64,000 bases of DNA from Polyangiaceae bacterium (GTDB lineage: Bacteria > Myxococcota_A > Polyangia > Polyangiales > Polyangiaceae). How positions within the stretch are numbered: the stretch's first letter is position 1; each line of letters starts with the position of its first letter. Below, piece after piece: positions 58,130-64,000 of the stretch. The stretch is taken from positions 96,001 through 160,000 of the forward strand of contig JBILLK010000007.1 of assembly GCA_044376115.1 (NCBI GenBank), in the 5' to 3' direction. Made by a program: the position numbers and the translations under genes. The notes below the pieces were generated by a model that saw only the letters and a list, made by a program, of their open reading frames with translations, made no database searches and had not been told where the DNA came from.

Positions 58130-58783
58130 TCAGAACGAAAAGGTGAGCGACATACTCGGGCCCGCATAGATCTCTGCGGCGACGTTCTCGTACACGCCTC
58201 CCTCCGACTGCTCCAAGCGCGAGTAACCAGCGCGGAACAGCTCGACTGCGGTGCGGATGCCGAACAAGTTCGTTGGCCGTAGGTGGAGGCCAACGCCGAA
58301 GTGTCCGCTCACGCTGAGCTGCTCCCAATAAGGGCCAAATTGCGCGTTGATGCGCGGCGTGATCGAGCCGCCGATCTCTACCTTCGGTAGGATCGGTACG
58401 TCGAGTCGCAGCGCGACCGAGCCCCCGACGCTCCATGCGGTGGTGCGAACGTCTTCTTGTTCGGCCGCCGTTTGGTAGACCGAGCCCTCGAGCCCAAACG
58501 CGATCCACAGCGGTCCGGCGATGCGCGGGCCCCCGCTGACGCTCACGCTCGGAATGAGCCCGCCCAACGTACCGGCGCTGCCAACTCCCGCGCTCAACGT
58601 CGCCACCGAGGCGCCGGCGTTCACTCGAAAAACCTGCGCGTCGCGCTCAGCGGCCTCCCGCGCTTCGAGCTCCTTCGACGCTGGTGCGTCCTCCTGCTTC
58701 GTCTCCAGATCCTGCGCGAAGATCTCGAACTCCGCGCAAACGCTAACGCCCCCGACACACACGAATGCGAGCCAACGATTCAT
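58130..58783 (-). CDS. Small outer-membrane beta-barrel protein
   Basis: Signal peptide MNRWLAFVCVGG..., alternating beta-strands and a terminal Phe (SLTFSF). Confidence 0.65.
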   Translation of the reverse strand: MNRWLAFVCVGGVSVCAEFEIFAQDLETKQEDAPASKELEAREAAERDAQVFRVNAGASVATLSAGVGSAGTLGGLIPSVSVSGGPRIAGPLWIAFGLEGSVYQTAAEQEDVRTTAWSVGGSVALRLDVPILPKVEIGGSITPRINAQFGPYWEQLSVSGHFGVGLHLRPTNLFGIRTAVELFRAGYSRLEQSEGGVYENVAAEIYAGPSMSLTFSF

Positions 58784-58885
58784 TGATGGTCCCTCCAGTT
58801 GCCGAGTGGAACCGCAGGCGACGCGCACCGATTCCGAGGAGGCGGCTGTTTGCCACAATGTCGCGGAAGGCCGAGTGGACCGTAT

Positions 58886-59473
58886 TCAGTTGCTGGCAGG
58901 AGGTGTGACGCCTGTTCGCCGACTAGCGCCTTGCAACGTCAACTCCAGGCGGTCGAGCGGGTACTTTTGCGCGCGCAATCGAGCCAAAATCCCCTCGTAG
59001 ACGTCCGGGGGCATGGCCGGGCTCCGACTCAAGATCCAGAGGTAGTCACGCCCAGGGCTACCAACGACCGCATACGAATAGTCAGGCGCGAGATCGATGA
59101 TCCAGTAGTCGCCCCAGAACGGCTTGAAGAACGTCACCTCGAGCTTCGCGTTGGTCACGTCGTCGAGGACGCGAGCGACGCCATCCGCACGCTCCACCTC
59201 CCCGTCGAGCGCCTCGAGATAGCAGCGGTTGGTCACATCAATGTCGCCGTCTTCTCGCTTCTCATAAGTGGCCGTGGTGCCCGTACATCCAGCTTGGAAC
59301 CACTGCGGGAACTTGGCGATCTCGTACCAGGTGCCGAGATAGCGGCTGAGATCGACCTTGGGAACCGTCTTGAGCGGGGGAAGTCCGAGCCGGTCCGTGG
59401 TGCTGGTCGTCGCGCAGCCCGAGAGGCCCGCCACGAGCAGCAGCCCGCCAAGGACCTTGAGGTGGATCTTCAT
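58886..59473 (-). CDS. blc: Bacterial lipocalin (outer membrane lipoprotein Blc)
   Basis: LSGC lipobox, VDLSRYLGTWYEIA, DYWII...DYSYAVVG and YLWILSR. Confidence 0.93.
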   Translation of the reverse strand: MKIHLKVLGGLLLVAGLSGCATTSTTDRLGLPPLKTVPKVDLSRYLGTWYEIAKFPQWFQAGCTGTTATYEKREDGDIDVTNRCYLEALDGEVERADGVARVLDDVTNAKLEVTFFKPFWGDYWIIDLAPDYSYAVVGSPGRDYLWILSRSPAMPPDVYEGILARLRAQKYPLDRLELTLQGASRRTGVTPPASN

Positions 59474-59591
59474 CGCCGGAGTGTATGCCCGTGGAGAGCG
59501 AGGCGCTTGGATGCGCTTGCCGCCCGGAGCGCGCCTGGGCTCGGCCCTCCTCGTCGTGGTGCCGGCGTGGCGGGCCGAGTAGCCTCGGTTC

Positions 59592-60362
59592 ATGGCAGGG
59601 GACGCGAAGCTTTTCGTGCGTGATGGCGAGGCTTGGGTTGAGCACCCGCATGGTGCTGAGTCTGCCGAGGCGCTCTCGCGGGCGCACCGGACGACAGTCG
59701 TCGAGTGGTCGATTTCGACGGCGGTCGATCAAATCTGGATCCTTGCGTACAGCGAAGGGCAGCTCGTTCGCGAGTTGCGGTACGCGCGGGACGACGGCTG
59801 GTTCGAGCGTGGCGAACCGCTTTCGTTCGAGGACGCTCGTGCGCTCGCGCCGTGGCGAAGCGAGCGAAGTTTGCTCGCGAGCCCGGATGGCTATGAGGTG
59901 CTTGAGGCGTTCCTCGGACGTCGCCCCCCCGAGCCAGTGGTGGAGCCCGAAGCGACGCTCCGGACCACGTTTGCGCCGGTTCACGCAGGCGAGCTCCGAG
60001 CGATCGCCGATCGCGCTCTGGTCCCCATCTCAACGGTGCTCGAGGCGAGTTGGCAGCTGAGCAAGCTCGCTCTTTACGATCGCTTCATGGCACGCGCGAA
60101 CAAGCTCGGGCTCGACCTAACGAAGCTCGTCGAAGACACCTCGCCGCCACCGCCCTGCGAGCATCTCCCCAACTTCATTCATGAGCCGGCCGAGCTACCC
60201 GCGATCGATCTCACGCGCTACCAGGTCGATGCGATCCCACACCACTTAGCCGTGTCCGCAACGGTGCTCGCCGAGCTCGAGCACATGGCGACCATGTTCG
60301 ATGTGCCCGGCTTTAAGCTCCTCGATCAGGCGTACCTCTTGGCGCGCTCACGGCTTGTGTAG
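59592..60362 (+). CDS. Hypothetical protein (N-terminal domain related to 57043-57678)
   Basis: Contains AEALSRAH...EGQLVRELRY...W...GEPLSFE. Confidence 0.6.
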   Translation: MAGDAKLFVRDGEAWVEHPHGAESAEALSRAHRTTVVEWSISTAVDQIWILAYSEGQLVRELRYARDDGWFERGEPLSFEDARALAPWRSERSLLASPDGYEVLEAFLGRRPPEPVVEPEATLRTTFAPVHAGELRAIADRALVPISTVLEASWQLSKLALYDRFMARANKLGLDLTKLVEDTSPPPPCEHLPNFIHEPAELPAIDLTRYQVDAIPHHLAVSATVLAELEHMATMFDVPGFKLLDQAYLLARSRLV

Positions 60363-60440
60363 GGCGGAGCGCCGGATAACCGTGCCGCGGTCTCGATTGT
60401 GGAATGGGTCCGCGCGCCCGGCACAATCGCCACGATGGAC

Positions 60441-60466
60441 GTAAGGTTTCGCCCGCGCCCGAGACT
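60441..60466 (+). promoter_or_regulatory. Possible ECF-type autoregulatory promoter (GTAAG-N17-GACT)
   Basis: The motif sits 10 nt upstream of the ECF ATG at 60476, with a spacing compatible with an ECF -35/-10 promoter. Single occurrence, unverified. Confidence 0.25.
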
Positions 60467-60475
60467 AACGGGGGC

Positions 60476-61015
60476 ATGGTTGATGGAGTGCCCTTGGAGC
60501 CGAGAGCGAGAGCAGACTTATCGGAGGCGCCCTCGGAGGCAGCGTTCGCCGAGTTGATGGCCCGCCACGGCCCTGGTCTGGCGCGGGTAGCGCGGGCGTA
60601 TTCGCGCACCGAGGCGGACGACCTACTTCAGGAGATCACCCTGGCGATCTGGCAGGCGCTGCCGGGGTTTCGCCAGGCTTGTTCGGAGCGGACGTTCGTT
60701 TTTCGTGTCGCCCACAACCGTGCCTGGACCTTCTCCGAGCGACGGCGCGCACGGCCAACGCACGAGCTCGACGAGACCATCGCGGGCCCGGGCGATCCGG
60801 AAACGTCCCTCGCCGAGGCCCGGCGGCGTGACGCGCTTTGGGACGGTATCCGTGCGCTGGCACCGCCGGCGCGCATGGTGCTCACCTTGGCGCTCGAGGG
60901 GCTCAGTCACGAGGAGATCGGCGAGGTACTCGGGGTTTCGGCAGGGAGCGTTGCGGTGCGGCTCAGTCGCGCGCGGGCGCAGTTGCGAGAGTGGATGCAA
61001 GGAGGTACGCGATGA
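60476..61015 (+). CDS. ECF RNA polymerase sigma-70 factor
   Basis: Region 2: DDLLQEI.LAIW..LP.F...ERTFVFRVAHN. Region 4: LEGLSHEEIGEVLG.S...V.VRLSRAR. Confidence 0.93.
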   Translation: MVDGVPLEPRARADLSEAPSEAAFAELMARHGPGLARVARAYSRTEADDLLQEITLAIWQALPGFRQACSERTFVFRVAHNRAWTFSERRRARPTHELDETIAGPGDPETSLAEARRRDALWDGIRALAPPARMVLTLALEGLSHEEIGEVLGVSAGSVAVRLSRARAQLREWMQGGTR

Positions 61016-61635
61016 AGATCGAGGATGAGTGGGCCCAGTGGGAGAGTGACTTTCGGTCGCCACCGCGCCGCACGATTGACGCGGCGGTGCTCGACGGTCT
61101 GATCAAGAAGAGCCGCCGCAAGACGATGCTCGCGCGCGTCGCTCAGTTCGGCAGCCCGATCTTCGGACTGGTGGCGTTCGGGGTGCTCGTGACGCGTACG
61201 CCCGCACTTTGGCCGTTTGCGTCGCTGTGCATGGCAGGGTTCTTCGCCATGCTGCTCTACGCGACGCACGTGCAAGGCCGCAGCGCAGCGCAGTCGCCGA
61301 CCGTCGCCGGCTACGTAGCGCTCGAGCTCGAGCGCAAGCGGCTCGAGCTGAAGATCCACAAGGTCGGCGTGCTGTTTCAGGGCCTGTTCACTGTCGCATT
61401 CGGACTGTGGCTGCCGTACTTCTTGATGACGACGCGTGAAGCTCAAGTGGCGAACCTGCCGTGGCTCGTTGCGCGGCTCGTGTTCGCAGCCGTCGCATTC
61501 CCCGCGGTGTGGCTGTATCTGCAGCACAAGGGGACGAAGCTCGAGGCCGAGGTGAAGAAGCTTGAGGCGCTCCAGGGAGATCTCGTGGAGGTTCGAACTC
61601 CGGAAGCGACGAAGTCGGAGTCCGACCTCGGATAG
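61012..61635 (+). CDS. Membrane protein (4 TM), probable anti-sigma factor
   Basis: ATGA overlap with the ECF gene, GGAGG Shine-Dalgarno, N-terminal W..W segment and four hydrophobic helices. Confidence 0.75.
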   Translation: MKIEDEWAQWESDFRSPPRRTIDAAVLDGLIKKSRRKTMLARVAQFGSPIFGLVAFGVLVTRTPALWPFASLCMAGFFAMLLYATHVQGRSAAQSPTVAGYVALELERKRLELKIHKVGVLFQGLFTVAFGLWLPYFLMTTREAQVANLPWLVARLVFAAVAFPAVWLYLQHKGTKLEAEVKKLEALQGDLVEVRTPEATKSESDLG

Positions 61636-61662
61636 CGAGTCTGGAAAGGAGCTAGTGGCTTT

Positions 61663-63282
61663 TCAGGGCGCAATCTGCCGCAGGTAGACGGCGCCGCTGT
61701 CTCTCTCTCCGTTGTTCGACTGGTCGCCGTTGACGCCCCGGGCGTTGCTGGCTTCGCGCACCGCCCCGACGGCAAGCGTGGTCTTGTCGAGCGCCAGGGT
61801 GTAGCCGAATTTGTCGCCCTCGTTGGTGTTCGTGGCCTTCAGGTACGCCCGTTGCGTCCACCCGGCGGGGCCTCGAACAAACAGGTAGACGGCCCCGCTC
61901 TCGTTCGCGGCATTGTTCCCTTGGTCGCCGTTCACGCCTTGGGCGGTGCTGCCTTCGTCGGGGGCTCCCACCGCCAGCGTGTCCCCTTCGAGCGCCACCG
62001 AAGAGCCGAAGGCGTCATCCGCGCCGGTGTTCGATGCCTTGAGGTAGGCCTGCTGGGTCCAGCCGGCAGATGTTCGAACAAACACGTAGACGGCCCCGCT
62101 CAGGAGGGCGGCGCGGTTCTCTTGGTCGCCGTTTACACCCTGGGCCGCGCTGTGCTCCATTGGCGCGCCCACCGCGAGCGTGTCCGCGTCGAGCGCCAAG
62201 CAGGCGCCGAAGCCGCCGCTCGAGTTCGACGCCTTGAGGTAGGCCTGCTGCGTCCAGCCGGCGGTAGTTCGAACAAATACGTAGACAGCGCCGCTGACGC
62301 TGTCGGCGTTGTTCTCTTGGTCGCCGTTCACGCCCCGCGCGGCGCTTGCTTCACCGCGCGCGCCTACCGCCAGCGTGTCCCCTTCAAGCGCCAGCGATTC
62401 GCCGAACTCGTCGTCATTGTCGGTGTTCGACGCCTTGAGGTAGGCCTGCTGCGTCCAAACCGACCCGCTGCGTGCAAACACGTAGACGGCGCCGCTGCCC
62501 TTCGCTGCGTTGTTCGTTTGGTCCCCGTTTACTCCACGTGCGGCGCTTGCTTCACCCGGCGCGCCGACCGCGAGCGTGTCCCCATCGAGCGCCACCGTCC
62601 AACCGAAGAGGTCCTCCTTATCGGCGTTGGACGCCTTGAGGTAGGCCTGCTGGGTCCACACCGAGCCGCTGCGTACGAACACATAAGCGGCGCTGCTGCC
62701 CTCGGTGCTGTTGTTGGCCTGGTCGCCGTTCACGCCGCGGGCGGCGCTGTCTTCGTTCCGCGCCCCCACCGCTAACGTGTCGCCATCGAGCGATAACGAC
62801 CAGCCGAAGTAGTCCTCCGCGTCAGCGTTCGACGCCTTCAGATACGCCTGCTGCGTCCAGCCAGCGCTGCCGCGCACAAACACGTAGACGGCCCCGCTAC
62901 GAACGGCGCCTTCGTTCGTCTGGTCGCCGTTCACGCCGCGGGCTGCGCCGGATTCGCCGTACGCGCCTACGGCCAGCGTGTCCCCGTCGAGCGCTAGAGC
63001 AAAGCCGAAGTAGTCTCCGCCGTTCGAGTTGGAGGCCTTCACGTAGGCTTGTTCGTAAACAGAGCAGCGGACGCCCAGGGCGACGAAGCACGCGTCGGTT
63101 GAAGCGTTCGACGGCGCCACAGCGACTTGGTCGGGAGTTGAATCGGCAGCGCGCTCAGCGCCGGCCGCAGGTGCCTCTCCCGCTGTTCTCGACGGGCCGG
63201 CGCAAGCTGCGGCCAGCCAGGCCGAGAGCATCCAAAGCATCGGCGCAAGCGCTTGCATGCAACAGATAAGTCGTTTGGTCAT
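61663..63282 (-). CDS. FG-GAP (integrin-alpha-like) beta-propeller repeat lipoprotein
   Basis: About seven repeats of QQAYLKASN....D.FG..lALdGDTLAVGA..E.S.A.GVNGDQ.N....SGAVYVF. Confidence 0.9.
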   Translation of the reverse strand: MTKRLICCMQALAPMLWMLSAWLAAACAGPSRTAGEAPAAGAERAADSTPDQVAVAPSNASTDACFVALGVRCSVYEQAYVKASNSNGGDYFGFALALDGDTLAVGAYGESGAARGVNGDQTNEGAVRSGAVYVFVRGSAGWTQQAYLKASNADAEDYFGWSLSLDGDTLAVGARNEDSAARGVNGDQANNSTEGSSAAYVFVRSGSVWTQQAYLKASNADKEDLFGWTVALDGDTLAVGAPGEASAARGVNGDQTNNAAKGSGAVYVFARSGSVWTQQAYLKASNTDNDDEFGESLALEGDTLAVGARGEASAARGVNGDQENNADSVSGAVYVFVRTTAGWTQQAYLKASNSSGGFGACLALDADTLAVGAPMEHSAAQGVNGDQENRAALLSGAVYVFVRTSAGWTQQAYLKASNTGADDAFGSSVALEGDTLAVGAPDEGSTAQGVNGDQGNNAANESGAVYLFVRGPAGWTQRAYLKATNTNEGDKFGYTLALDKTTLAVGAVREASNARGVNGDQSNNGERDSGAVYLRQIAP

Positions 63283-63390
63283 TCTGCAAACCTATAAGTG
63301 CGCGTGGTTCTACCGAAACGAGAGTCAATCGCGCGCTCGACCCCGCGTAGCTCAACTGGTTCACGGCCAATAACCACGTTACCGTGCCTT

Positions 63391-64000
63391 ATGGATCGCG
63401 CGTTCGTGGAGGGATTCAAGTCCGAGCTCGGCCTCGATGTTCAAGCGCTCCGCTTTGCAACGTCCCATTCGCGTCTCCCGGCGAAGCAGGGCCAGCTCGA
63501 CAATGCCGTCTGTGTCGGAGTGCACGAAGGTCACGCGTTCACGCTGACGGTATCGGAGACCGAGATCCTAATTGAGCACGAACTCGGGTTGGATCTAGGG
63601 CTCAAGTTGCGTCAGATCCCGAACACCCGAGCTCCATCGGGCGCGTTCCTCGAGACGGAAGCCGAGGACAAGAGCCGACTGGCGGCGTTGCTAGAGGGTG
63701 ATTTGGCTGAGCGGCTCGGCCAGCAAAAGGGACTCCTCATCGAGATTGATGACGACAGCGTGCGCTGCGACCGCGCAGCCACAGCGCGAACGGCCCCCTC
63801 AGCTGGCTCGCTAGAAGGGAGTGAGCTCGCTGCGAGTGTAGCGATGGCTCGCAGTCTGCTCCAACTGCTGTCGACGATCGATAAGGCTCGTCGGGTGGTT
63901 CCAACCCATTCCGCGCTGGCTGAGTGGGCCTCGCCGATGAAAGGGGTGGCGCGCGCGTTTGGGCTAGAGTTCGCCACGACTCCGCTCGAAGTCCAAGGCC
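63391..64000 (+). CDS. Hypothetical protein (partial, runs off the window end)
   Basis: ATG at 63391 (MDRAFVEGFKSELG...); the frame stays open to 64000. Confidence 0.55.
   Translation, partial: MDRAFVEGFKSELGLDVQALRFATSHSRLPAKQGQLDNAVCVGVHEGHAFTLTVSETEILIEHELGLDLGLKLRQIPNTRAPSGAFLETEAEDKSRLAALLEGDLAERLGQQKGLLIEIDDDSVRCDRAATARTAPSAGSLEGSELAASVAMARSLLQLLSTIDKARRVVPTHSALAEWASPMKGVARAFGLEFATTPLEVQG

Noticed and set aside
61700..63060. ~190-bp nucleotide repeats as a non-coding repeat array
   Set aside because: They are fully explained by the coding FG-GAP propeller blades.

Overview
High-GC bacterial DNA whose gene content and style suggest a myxobacterium (Polyangiaceae/Sorangium-like; inferred, not verified). 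The window is an accessory, competition-rich region. (1) At 0.2-5.7 kb is a PAAR-less Rhs polymorphic toxin whose C-terminal domain has a zinc-deaminase signature (HAE...CPTC), followed by two translationally coupled candidate immunity genes. (2) At 11.7-19.3 kb is a LytS/LytTR two-component pair upstream of an MFP-TolC-RND efflux operon, with three LytTR-type boxes spaced exactly 21 bp apart. (3) The main feature, at 21.9-36.9 kb on the minus strand, is a 9-gene orphan T6SS spike/effector operon: DUF2169, three different tandem VgrGs, an unknown protein, a divergent DUF4150 (PAAR-like) protein with an unrecognised ~520-aa cargo, a second DUF2169, a thiolase/KS-like protein and a TIGR02270-like HEAT protein. 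The three VgrGs are nearly length-matched once a 77-aa acidic insertion in one is removed, which suggests a dedicated heterotrimeric spike. Two independent same-orientation repeat pairs bracket this operon. The rest of the window holds lipoproteins, immunity-like hypothetical proteins, orphan FGE-sulfatase fragments, several frameshifted genes (38.4-41.5 kb), a GST, a lipocalin, an ECF sigma/anti-sigma pair and an FG-GAP protein. No rRNA, tRNA, CRISPR array, transposase or core T6SS genes were seen. All family calls come from motif recognition by eye, with no database searches.
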